This document shows, piece by piece, positions 1 through 8,363 of a stretch of DNA of 64,000 nucleotides. The first letter of the stretch is position 1. Each line of letters begins with the position of its first letter. The position numbers were made by a program, and so were the translations under genes. The notes under the pieces were generated by a model. That model had not been told where the DNA came from, searched no databases, and saw only the letters and a program-made list of their open reading frames with translations. Location: NCBI GenBank assembly GCA_964399285.1, contig CAYNQK010000004.1:7651-71650 (forward strand), given 5' to 3'. Origin of the DNA: an uncultured Spirochaetales bacterium (lineage in GTDB: Bacteria > Spirochaetota > Spirochaetia > Treponematales > JBGSOB01).

Positions 1-582
1 AGGGAGATCACGGAGCCCGGGATCGTGCACCGGGGAGAGGGCTTCGCCGTGCGGGCCTTCCCGCTCAGGCACACCAAGACCTGCTACGGCTACGCGCTCG
101 AGGAGGAGGAGCGGCCCGGGCAGTTCTTCCCCGATAAGGCGCTCTCCCTCGGAGTTCCCCGCGGCCCCCTCTGGTCCGAGCTCCAGGCGGGAAAGGACGT
201 ATCCCTCCCGACGGGCGCCGTCGTTAGGCCCGCCGACGTCCTGGGTCCGCCCCGTTCGGGCAGGAAATTCTCCTACGTGACGGATTCGCTCTACTTCCCC
301 GAGATCTCGCGCGAGGTATCGGGATCGGACCTCTTCGTCTGCGAGGCGATGTTCGAGAAGGCGCTCGCCGAGACCGCCGCGGAGAAGAAGCACATGACGG
401 CCGAGCAGGCCGCGATGATCGCCCGGGACGCGGGCGGCGTCAAAAAACTCGCCCTGACCCACTACAGCCCGCGCTACTCGGACCACGAGCTCAAGAAGCT
501 CCTCGCAGAGGCGCAGGCGGTGTTCCCCGCCGCGGTCCTGGGGAGGGACAGGGCGGTGCATCCGATCGAGTACGAGGACTGA
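1..582 (+). CDS. rnz: Ribonuclease Z (MBL-fold), 5'-partial
   Basis: Frame 1 is open from base 1, so the gene starts upstream of the window. The C-terminal region carries the RNase Z-type motif KKLALTHYSPRY and the upstream block AFPLRHTKTCYGYALEE. Confidence 0.8.
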   Translation, partial: REITEPGIVHRGEGFAVRAFPLRHTKTCYGYALEEEERPGQFFPDKALSLGVPRGPLWSELQAGKDVSLPTGAVVRPADVLGPPRSGRKFSYVTDSLYFPEISREVSGSDLFVCEAMFEKALAETAAEKKHMTAEQAAMIARDAGGVKKLALTHYSPRYSDHELKKLLAEAQAVFPAAVLGRDRAVHPIEYED

Positions 583-640
583 CGGCCCGAGGCCGCTCAG
601 CGCCATGGACAATGAAAAACAGAAGCGCAAGGAGGCATCG

Positions 641-1588
641 ATGATCGAGGTCAAGGACCTGAAGAAGTCCTACGGAAGCCTGACGGCCGTGGACGGCGTC
701 AGCTTCAGGGCTGAGAAGGGAGAGATCGTCGGTCTCCTGGGCCCGAACGGGGCCGGGAAGACGACGATCATAAAGATCCTCACCTGCTACCATTTCCCGT
801 CGGAAGGGAAGGCCATGGTCGCGGGGCTGGACGTCGTGGAGGAGCCCCTGGGCGTCAAGGCCCGCGTGGGATACCTTCCGGAGTCGGCGCCGCTCTACAC
901 GAACCTCACGGTCGAGGAATACCTCGATTTCATGGCAGCCTCCCGCGGACTCGAGAAGGAACGGAAGGCGGAACGCGTCGCCTGGGCGGTCAAGGAGTGC
1001 GGGCTCGAGAGCGTCTACGGTCGCCCGATCGAGCAGCTATCAAAAGGGTACAGGCAGCGCGTCGGACTCGCGCAGGCGATCCTCCACGATCCCGACATCC
1101 TCATCCTGGACGAGCCCACCACCGGGCTCGACCCCAACCAGATCCTCGAGATACGCGACCTCATCAAGAAGCTGGGCGAGGAGAAGCTCGTGATCCTCTC
1201 CACCCACATCCTCCAGGAGGTCGAGGCCCTCTGCGACCGCGTCATGATCCTGAACCAGGGCAAGATCGCGGCCCAGGGCACGACCGAGGAGATCGCCCTC
1301 AGCCTCAAGGGCGAGGCGATCTTTGACGTCCTCATCAAGGCCGCCCATCCCGAGCGCCTCGCCGAGGAATCCGCCGTCTCCCGAGCGCTCCGCGGCTGCG
1401 CGCTCCGCGGCAAGGAGATCGGGGAGGGCAGGGCGAGGCTCGAGATCTCGGCTCCGCCCGATTCAGACGGAGAGGCGATATTCGACTGGGCCGTCGCCTC
1501 TGGCGCCAAGATCCTCGAGATGACAAAGCGGAAGACCTCCCTCGAGGACGTCTTCGTCAGCCTCACCAAGGAAGGAGACAAGGCATGA
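641..1588 (+). CDS. ABC transporter ATP-binding protein (ABC-2/GldA-like)
   Basis: Walker A GPNGAGKTT, signature LSKGYRQRV, Walker B ILILDEPTTGLD. An AAGGAGG SD at 629-635 favours ATG 641 over the ORF-track start at 605. Confidence 0.85.
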   Translation: MIEVKDLKKSYGSLTAVDGVSFRAEKGEIVGLLGPNGAGKTTIIKILTCYHFPSEGKAMVAGLDVVEEPLGVKARVGYLPESAPLYTNLTVEEYLDFMAASRGLEKERKAERVAWAVKECGLESVYGRPIEQLSKGYRQRVGLAQAILHDPDILILDEPTTGLDPNQILEIRDLIKKLGEEKLVILSTHILQEVEALCDRVMILNQGKIAAQGTTEEIALSLKGEAIFDVLIKAAHPERLAEESAVSRALRGCALRGKEIGEGRARLEISAPPDSDGEAIFDWAVASGAKILEMTKRKTSLEDVFVSLTKEGDKA

Positions 1589-2307
1589 ATTCCGTCTGGC
1601 CAGTGATGAAGAAGGAGCTCAGGTCCTTCTTCAATTCCCCGATCGCCTATATAGCGGTGATCTTCTTCCTCCTCTCCACGGCGCTCTGGACCTTCTTCAT
1701 GCAGGGGTTCTTCGCCCAGGATTCCGCGAGCCTCCGGCCCTTCTTCGTCATCATGCCCGCGGTGTTCACGGTCATCGTGCCGGCGATCACCATGGGGCTC
1801 TGGGCCGAGGAGCGAAAGATCGGCACCGTCGAGCTCCTCATCACGCTTCCTTACGGCGAGTGGACCCTCACCATCGCCAAGTTCCTCGCGGGCTACGTCC
1901 TCGTCGCCCTCATGACCCTGCTCACGATCCCGCTCCCGATCATGGTCTCCTTCCTCGGCGAGCTGGACCTCGGGCAGATCGTGACCGAGTACCTCGGGGT
2001 GCTCCTCATGGGCGGGGCCTCCGTGGCCCTCGGCGCCTACGTCTCGAGCCTCACGAAGAACCAGATCACGGCCTTCATCGTGACGCTCCTCGTCCTCCTC
2101 GCGCTCCTCCTCGCCGGATACGCTCCGGCCTGGTCGCGGGCGGCGGGGGCGATCGGCGCTTTCCTGAAGTGGATTTCGATACTCTACCACTTCGAGAGCT
2201 TCGGAAAGGGCGTCCTCGACACGCGGGACGTCCTGTACTTCGTACTCATGGGCTCGGCCTTCCTTTTCCTGACGGCCAAGACCCTGCTCTTCCGGAAGTG
2301 GAGGTGA
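1585..2307 (+). CDS. ABC-2 type permease (GldF-like)
   Basis: Multi-TM hydrophobic ORF. Its ATG overlaps the ATPase stop (ATGA), indicating translational coupling. Confidence 0.75.
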   Translation: MNSVWPVMKKELRSFFNSPIAYIAVIFFLLSTALWTFFMQGFFAQDSASLRPFFVIMPAVFTVIVPAITMGLWAEERKIGTVELLITLPYGEWTLTIAKFLAGYVLVALMTLLTIPLPIMVSFLGELDLGQIVTEYLGVLLMGGASVALGAYVSSLTKNQITAFIVTLLVLLALLLAGYAPAWSRAAGAIGAFLKWISILYHFESFGKGVLDTRDVLYFVLMGSAFLFLTAKTLLFRKWR

Positions 2308-2311
2308 CACC

Positions 2312-3964
2312 GTGAAGCTCGACGACAAGAAGCAGCAGGCGGTCATCGCGGGGCTGATCGCCGCGATCATAGCGCTGGGCGCCGCGGTCAGCGTCCGGTT
2401 CTTCTTCAGGATCGACCTGACCAAGGACAGGGCCTTCTCCATATCGAAGGTCTCCCGCGAACTCTTCAAGGAAATACCGGAGCAGGTCAGGCTCGTCTAT
2501 TACGTGTCGGACAGGCTCTACAAGGAGCGTCCCGAGCCTAAGCGGGTCGAGGACATGCTCCGCGAGTACGCCGCGACCTCGCGCGGCAAGATCATCGTTG
2601 AGGTCGTCGATCCGGAATCGACCGGGGACGCGGGAGCCGTGGAGCGCATGGGCATACCGGCCCAGCAGTACCAGGTGACGGAGCGCAACCAGGCGAGCGT
2701 CGCCACCGTCTACACGGGAGTCGTCGTCCAGTACCTGGACCGGCAGGAGGTCCTTCCCGTGGTCATCAGGACGGAGACCCTGGAATACGACCTCACCCGC
2801 GCGATCCGCAAGGCGGTGGCGGGGAAGGACCGGATCGCGGAAGTCCTCGTCGGCGATCCCGACAAGACCTGGAGCAACAACTACACCCTCCTCGCCAAGG
2901 CCATGAAGTCGGCCGGATGGGAGGTGCGCGAGCGCCAGGCCGGTGAGCTCATCGGCGCGGACGTGAGCCTCCTCCTCGTCCTCGGGAACTCGGGCCTCGA
3001 CGACTTCGATCTCTACCCCGTGAGCGAGTACCTCCAGAGGGGCGGCTCCGCGATCCTGGGCTTCAAGGGCGTGAACGTCAACGCGCAGTACGGCCTCTTC
3101 GCCCTTCCGATCGATGAGCCGGCTTCCTTCGACCTCCTCTCCGCGTACGGCGTGAGGATTCCCAAAGAGCTCGTCTACGACGAGGCCTGCCTCACCCTGC
3201 CGATCCAGGTCCAGTCGCCCTACGGCGGCGCCATGATGAGCCTCGTGAGCTACAACCCCTGGGTGACCGTCCTCGAGCCGAACGTGTCGAAGAAGAACCC
3301 CGTGACCTCGAGCTTCATGGGCCTCGATCTTTTCTGGCCCAGTCCCCTCGAGCTCTCCACGGTGGAAGGGATCGAATCCGAGGTGCTCGCTTTCAGCTCG
3401 GACAAGGCGTGGCGGGTCACCAAGGACTTCCCGGTGAATCCCCAGGAGTCCTACCGCTTCCAGGACGAGAAGGCGGCCAATACCGGGAAATACGTCCTCG
3501 CGGCTGCCCTGCAGGGCGCCTTCCCGGACGCCTTCGCGGGGAAGCCGCTCCCGAAGAGGGACGGCGTGGAATCCGATTGGGACAAGGGCGCGCCCGGAGC
3601 ACCCTCGGGCGGGAGCGCCAAGTCCAGGGCCGTTGTGCTCTCCTCGTCGGATTTCGCCACCGACCTCATGCAGTACTCGAAGGGGCAGTTCGGGCAGCGC
3701 GACGGCCCGGACATCAACGCGGAATTCGTGCTCGCGTGCGCAGACTGGCTCTCATCGGAGGACGACATAGTCTCGATCAGGACGAGGAACTACCGCGACG
3801 CGCGGCTCAACAAGATCCGGGACCCCGAGACGAAGAGCGCCGTCATATTCCTGACGTACCTCCTGACCCTCGCCATCGTGCCGCTCGGCGTCGTGGCCTA
3901 CGGGATCGTCCGCTTCGCGCGGCGGAGGCGACACGCGAAGATCCTGAAAGCGAAGGAGGCCTGA
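2312..3964 (+). CDS. GldG-like ABC transporter auxiliary protein (ABC_transp_aux family)
   Basis: GTG start 5 nt after the permease stop. N- and C-terminal TM anchors flank a large extracytoplasmic domain. Position and size match the third gene of GldAFG-type operons. Confidence 0.6.
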   Translation: MKLDDKKQQAVIAGLIAAIIALGAAVSVRFFFRIDLTKDRAFSISKVSRELFKEIPEQVRLVYYVSDRLYKERPEPKRVEDMLREYAATSRGKIIVEVVDPESTGDAGAVERMGIPAQQYQVTERNQASVATVYTGVVVQYLDRQEVLPVVIRTETLEYDLTRAIRKAVAGKDRIAEVLVGDPDKTWSNNYTLLAKAMKSAGWEVRERQAGELIGADVSLLLVLGNSGLDDFDLYPVSEYLQRGGSAILGFKGVNVNAQYGLFALPIDEPASFDLLSAYGVRIPKELVYDEACLTLPIQVQSPYGGAMMSLVSYNPWVTVLEPNVSKKNPVTSSFMGLDLFWPSPLELSTVEGIESEVLAFSSDKAWRVTKDFPVNPQESYRFQDEKAANTGKYVLAAALQGAFPDAFAGKPLPKRDGVESDWDKGAPGAPSGGSAKSRAVVLSSSDFATDLMQYSKGQFGQRDGPDINAEFVLACADWLSSEDDIVSIRTRNYRDARLNKIRDPETKSAVIFLTYLLTLAIVPLGVVAYGIVRFARRRRHAKILKAKEA

Positions 3965-3965
3965 C

Positions 3966-4964
3966 ATGGATTTCAAGAAAAAATTCATCGCTTTGTCGAG
4001 CGTCGCGGGCGCGCTCTTGGCCATCGCGTTGCTCGGTTTCGTCTTCTCGCCCGAGAGGCGGCAGGCGAGGGCGGCGCGCGGGGAGCTCGTTCCCGCCCGC
4101 GCCGTGGACAAGGCGGCCTCCTTCGAGATAGCCGCGGACGGCTCGGCGATCGAAATTATCTCCGAGAACGGAGGATGGGCGTACCGCGAAGGGGGAAACT
4201 CCTTCCCCGTTCCCCAGGATCGCGTGAAGGCCTTTTTCAAGGCCCTCGGCCAGATCGACGAGCTCTACAAGGTGAGCTCGAAGAAGGAGACCTGGAAGGA
4301 CTTCGGGCTCGAGGACGGAAAACGCTCCGTATCGATGAAGGATTCAAAGGGAACCGTGCTCGCCGAGGCCTTCGTCGGCAAGGCCGATCCCTCGGGAAAG
4401 CGCGTCTACGCCGCGATCGGGGGCAAGGAAGCCGTGTACCTCGTTTCCAACGCTTTCACGAGCTATCTCAGGTCGGACAAGCCCTCATGGTCCGATCTCA
4501 GGATATTCCCCAAGGACCTCAAGAAGCAGGACGTGCAGGAGATCATCGTCAAGGCGGACATCCCCGCGAGCGAGGGAGGGGCCGCCGTCAAGGCCGACTA
4601 CCGCTTCCTCCGCGACCCGAAGAAGACCTGGAAGCTCCAGGGCGGAGCCGATATGGAGATAGATCCGGCGAAAGTGGACGGCCTCGTGAACGGTATCATC
4701 GGGATGGACGCGGAGTCTTTCGTGTACGCTGATATCGAAGCGGCCGCCACGAGGCTCAAGGAGCCGGGCGCGACGGTGATCCTCCGGACGGGGAAGGGCG
4801 AGGAACTCGAGCTCTCCATCTCGAAGGACCAGGTAGCGGGAAAACACGCCGTGAAGGCCTCCGGCAAGGACTACCTTTACGAGGTCTCCGGATACAACGT
4901 GTCTTATTATCTCAAGGACCTGTCCTCTTTCAAGCTCGTGAAGCAGGAAAAAGAAAAGAAGTGA
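3966..4964 (+). CDS. DUF4340-like membrane-anchored protein
   Basis: ATG lies 2 nt after the GldG-like stop. It has an N-terminal TM (LSSVAGALLAIALLGFVF). This is the usual fourth gene of such operons. The family call is from memory, not from a search. Confidence 0.45.
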   Translation: MDFKKKFIALSSVAGALLAIALLGFVFSPERRQARAARGELVPARAVDKAASFEIAADGSAIEIISENGGWAYREGGNSFPVPQDRVKAFFKALGQIDELYKVSSKKETWKDFGLEDGKRSVSMKDSKGTVLAEAFVGKADPSGKRVYAAIGGKEAVYLVSNAFTSYLRSDKPSWSDLRIFPKDLKKQDVQEIIVKADIPASEGGAAVKADYRFLRDPKKTWKLQGGADMEIDPAKVDGLVNGIIGMDAESFVYADIEAAATRLKEPGATVILRTGKGEELELSISKDQVAGKHAVKASGKDYLYEVSGYNVSYYLKDLSSFKLVKQEKEKK

Positions 4965-4987
4965 ACGCCGTCGTTCGCTGAACGGGA

Positions 4988-5020
4988 AGGGCCGGCCATC
5001 GGAGCCGGCCCTCTTTTTTT
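4988..5020 (+). terminator. Rho-independent terminator of the ABC-2 operon
   Basis: 9-bp stem AGGGCCGGC / GCCGGCCCT with a 7-nt loop, followed by a T7 run. Confidence 0.6.
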
Positions 5021-7178
5021 ATTCGAGCATCGCGTTGAGGCGCGCGGCGATACCCGCCATCGTGTTATCGAAATCGCCCACGTCCCGTTTGGGAATCCTG
5101 AATCCGACGGCGCCCGGGTGGCCCCCGCCGTTCTCGATGCCGAGCCGGACGATTGCCTCGCGGAGGTCGAGATCCCCGAAGGATTGGCTCCGCCTCAGCC
5201 TGAACTGCACGAAGTCAGAATTGCCGGGGGCGTCGTAGTAGGCGACGAGCCCGAGGCGCCCGCTCTCCTCGGCGAAGCGGTCCACGGTCGCCCGAGAGAC
5301 GGCCGCCACCGTGTCGGAACCGTAGGCCGAGAAGATGCCGGCGGACTCGTCCTCGTCGAGGGCGACGTACCTGAGACCGCCCACGGTCCTAGCCTTGGAG
5401 GAGAGCAGCTCGTAGCAGTCCTTCTCGTGCTCGGTGAGCGAGGCGAGCGCCTCGTAGACCTGCTCCTTGCTCGAGAAATTGCCGCTTCCGCTCCGCGTCT
5501 TCTCCGCGAGGAGCCGCTCGAAGAGCGAGCTGAACCATGCGTAGAACCATTTTTCCCGCCTCGTCTTCAGGTACTTGCCCATGCGCGAGTCGGCGATGAT
5601 GCCGGAGAGGATGGAGAGGACGATGTTCCGCGTGAAGAGCTCCGCGATCTGGTACCGATCCATGAGGGCGCGGTCGCGGTACATCTTGTAGGCGAGGAGC
5701 CCCACGATCTCGCAGCTCGAGGAAGCGCCCATGACGAGGCGGTGCCCGGGGTCTCCCGCGTAGGTCGAATCGGACTCGAGGTGGTGGTCGATCTCGATCT
5801 TGAGGATGGACGGGTCGCGGAAAAGCCCTTCATAAGCGGGGCCGCGGTCGATCATCTCAGGCTTCGGGGTATCCACGATCACGATCGAGGAGTAGCCCGT
5901 CGGGGGAGGTCCGTCGGCGTCGATGACGTGGATGGAATTGTACTGGCAGATGTTGAGGAGGAAACGGCAGCTGTCCGGGACCTGCTTGCCGAGGGCGACC
6001 GCGGCTTTCTTGTTGAATTTGCTCGCGAGGAGGCCGAAGGAGACCATGGCCGACACGCAGTCCTCGTCGGGGAGCTTGTGCCCGAAGATGAGGAAGGAAT
6101 CGCGTTCGTCGAGGGCCTTGACGACGTTCGCGATGATCCTGTTCTTACGGGCGACCGTCGGGATTTCGCGCTTTACGAGATCGGTCTCGGAGGAGGGGGA
6201 GGAGACGCCGGCGGCGACGGCGCGGTCCCGCCCCGCTTCCTTGGCGGCGTAGAGCGCCTTGTCCGCGTTCGCCTTGAGCTCCTCCGTCCCGCCGGGCCCG
6301 AGCTGGGAGACGCCGACGCTGCAGCTCACCCTGAGCTCGGGGTGCTCGGGGAAGGAGAAGGAGCGGAGGGTATCGCAGAGGGACTCGCACCTCGCGAGGG
6401 CGTCCGCGATACCGGTCTCCGGGAAGAGGAAGCAGAATTCGTCGCCGCCGTAGCGTACGAGGATGTCGCTCTCGAGGAACACGGCGCGCATGGCGGCCGC
6501 CGCCCTGAGGATGACCTGGTCGCAGAATTCCGCCCCGTAGGACTTGTTGAGCTTCCCGAAGCGGTCGAGGTCGAACATCCCGAAGGAGAGCGGCTTCACT
6601 TCCCGTTTGGCGCGCGAGACGATCTCCTCCAGGGAGTCGTCGAGGTACCGCCTGTTGAATAGGCCGGTCGCCGGATCCGTGATGGCCCTCCGGCGCGCCT
6701 CGTCGCCGTACTGGACCATCTGTGAGAGGAAGGCGCTCGTCTTCATGAGTCGCTGGGCGGAGATGGCGAGCATGCGGTCGAGGATCGCGGAGGCCGTCTT
6801 CGGGCGTTCCTCGATGAGGCGGTCGAAGTCCCCGGTGTCGAGGACGAGGCAGGAGCAGTCGGCGGCGGCGCGGCAGGTCGCGGAGCGGGGGGCGTCGTCG
6901 ACGATCGCCATCTCCCCGAAGAATCCGCCCGCGGGAATCCTGGCGAGCTCGATCTCCTCGCCGCCCTCGGCCCTGATGGTGATGGTCACCGAGCCTGAAA
7001 CGATGACGTGCATTTCCTCGCCGCGATCGCCCTCGCGGAAGATGACCGCTCCAACCGAATAGGAGCGCTCCGTCATGGCGTCCGCGACCGCCTTGAGGCC
7101 ATCCCTTCCGAGCCCGGAGAATATCCCGAGCTTCCCGAGGACGGCGGTCCGGGACGGAGCGCGCTTCGCGGGGCTCAC
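5019..7178 (-). CDS. cNMP-binding / GGDEF diguanylate cyclase / DHH-DHHA1 phosphoesterase fusion protein
   Basis: cNMP cassette FFGEMAIVDDAPRSATCRA. GGDEF A-site RYGGDEFCFLFP. DHH motifs HKLPDEDCVS, VIVDT, EIDHH, IIADS, and DHHA1 motif GGGHPGAVGF. The GTG start overlaps the upstream stop (GTGA). Confidence 0.8.
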   Translation of the reverse strand: MSPAKRAPSRTAVLGKLGIFSGLGRDGLKAVADAMTERSYSVGAVIFREGDRGEEMHVIVSGSVTITIRAEGGEEIELARIPAGGFFGEMAIVDDAPRSATCRAAADCSCLVLDTGDFDRLIEERPKTASAILDRMLAISAQRLMKTSAFLSQMVQYGDEARRRAITDPATGLFNRRYLDDSLEEIVSRAKREVKPLSFGMFDLDRFGKLNKSYGAEFCDQVILRAAAAMRAVFLESDILVRYGGDEFCFLFPETGIADALARCESLCDTLRSFSFPEHPELRVSCSVGVSQLGPGGTEELKANADKALYAAKEAGRDRAVAAGVSSPSSETDLVKREIPTVARKNRIIANVVKALDERDSFLIFGHKLPDEDCVSAMVSFGLLASKFNKKAAVALGKQVPDSCRFLLNICQYNSIHVIDADGPPPTGYSSIVIVDTPKPEMIDRGPAYEGLFRDPSILKIEIDHHLESDSTYAGDPGHRLVMGASSSCEIVGLLAYKMYRDRALMDRYQIAELFTRNIVLSILSGIIADSRMGKYLKTRREKWFYAWFSSLFERLLAEKTRSGSGNFSSKEQVYEALASLTEHEKDCYELLSSKARTVGGLRYVALDEDESAGIFSAYGSDTVAAVSRATVDRFAEESGRLGLVAYYDAPGNSDFVQFRLRRSQSFGDLDLREAIVRLGIENGGGHPGAVGFRIPKRDVGDFDNTMAGIAARLNAMLE

Positions 7179-8164
7179 GGCGCGTCCTCCGGGAATACGA
7201 TGGCGTTTCCGCCCTTGGCCCTGCCGAGGAGGGGAAGCCCCGCCACCGCCTTGATGAGGTCCTCAGCGCTCCGGGCGTGCGCGGGATAGGCGGCGATACC
7301 GGAACTGACGGAGAGGCGGGCCGTGACGGAACCCACCGCGGGGGAGATGTCGAGGGAGGAGAGAGTATCGCGGAGCAGGAGAGCCGTGGCTTTAGCGGCG
7401 ATCGCGTCCTTGCCGGGGAGCATGGCGGCGAGCTCGTTCCCCATGTAGCGGACGGCGCTTCCCTCCTCGCCGAGGGCGCGTTCGAAGGCCGCGGCCATGA
7501 GGGCGAGGGCGGCGTCGCCGGCCTCGTGGCCGTACTGGTCGTTGATTTCCTTGAAGTTGTCAGGTTTCAGCATGAGGAGGGCGAAGGGCTTCCCGTCCGC
7601 CGGCAGCGAGGCGGGAAGGGTCTCCTCGAGGTAGGCCTTGTTCTTGAGCCCGGTGAGCTTGTCCGTATAGGCCTGCCGCCGCATCTCTCGGATCCAGGGG
7701 GAATTCTCCTTGATGAGGGCGTTGGCCTTGCGGGTCCGTTGGGAGGTCACGAGGAGGAAGGATTTCAGGATGCGGGCGGACATGGACGGCCGCGATTGGA
7801 GGGCGGTCTCGAGGTCCTGGCCTTCCGGAGGGAAAGCGATGATCTGCGTGCCGTCGCCGGCGACGGCGGTCGCGTTGCGCTCCCCGTGGTTCAGGAATTC
7901 GAGCTCGCCGAAGCTGTCTCCCTCGACGTACTCCGCGACGAGGGTCCGCTTCTCCTCGCCCACGGAGATGCTGACGGAGCCGGAGGCGACCACGAAGAGG
8001 CAGGACGCGCCGTCTCCCGGCTTGAATACGGTTTCGCCGGGGGCGTAGAACCTGATTTCAGTGTGCTCGGCGAGGTAGGAGAGCTCGGCCCGGTCGAAAG
8101 CCGAGAACAGGCTCGTCTTTCCGAGCGCGATCGCCACCTCATGGAGGCTTTTCGCCTTCATCAT
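7175..8164 (-). CDS. cNMP-binding protein with degenerate GGDEF domain
   Basis: cNMP cassette SFGELEFLNHGERNATAVA. The GGDEF fold is recognisable (YTDKLTGLKNKAYLE, NDQYGHEAGDAAL). The A-site reads RYMGNELAAMLP and the first metal Asp is replaced (LKPDNFK). Confidence 0.75.
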   Translation of the reverse strand: MMKAKSLHEVAIALGKTSLFSAFDRAELSYLAEHTEIRFYAPGETVFKPGDGASCLFVVASGSVSISVGEEKRTLVAEYVEGDSFGELEFLNHGERNATAVAGDGTQIIAFPPEGQDLETALQSRPSMSARILKSFLLVTSQRTRKANALIKENSPWIREMRRQAYTDKLTGLKNKAYLEETLPASLPADGKPFALLMLKPDNFKEINDQYGHEAGDAALALMAAAFERALGEEGSAVRYMGNELAAMLPGKDAIAAKATALLLRDTLSSLDISPAVGSVTARLSVSSGIAAYPAHARSAEDLIKAVAGLPLLGRAKGGNAIVFPEDAP

Positions 8165-8269
8165 AGCGGGAATCCCCTGAGTGCGCTTAGACCGGCGTTA
8201 TCCCGTCCCGTGCGGAAGGCCATACGCCAACTATAAATGAAAATCGCGGTTCCGCAAGGGGACGGGAGC

Positions 8270-8306
8270 GTTCCGGGGGAGGGGCCTTATCCGCCGCCCC
8301 CGGAAC
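8270..8306 (-). terminator. Hairpin downstream of the lipoprotein gene (possible terminator, no U-tract)
   Basis: 10-bp stem GTTCCGGGGG / CCCCCGGAAC with a 17-nt loop, located about 60 nt after the stop at 8364. Confidence 0.3.
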
Positions 8307-8363
8307 GGCGTCGAGCTAAAGGGATCCCTAGCTCGTCCCCGGCGTCCGAGGATCGCCGAATGT

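Noticed and set aside
1015-2469. 484-aa ORF on the minus strand spanning the ABC ATPase and permease genes
   Set aside because: It is antisense to two genes with clear Walker/ABC-2 signatures. The translation is Arg/Glu/Gly/Pro/His-rich low-complexity sequence typical of GC-rich antisense frames, with no motif and no SD.
5118-6662. 514-aa plus-strand ORF (and 7277-8236, 319 aa) opposite the cNMP-GGDEF genes
   Set aside because: It is antisense to ORFs with unambiguous domain motifs. The composition (G/E/D/R/V/A runs) and the lack of any recognisable domain indicate a GC-driven open frame.
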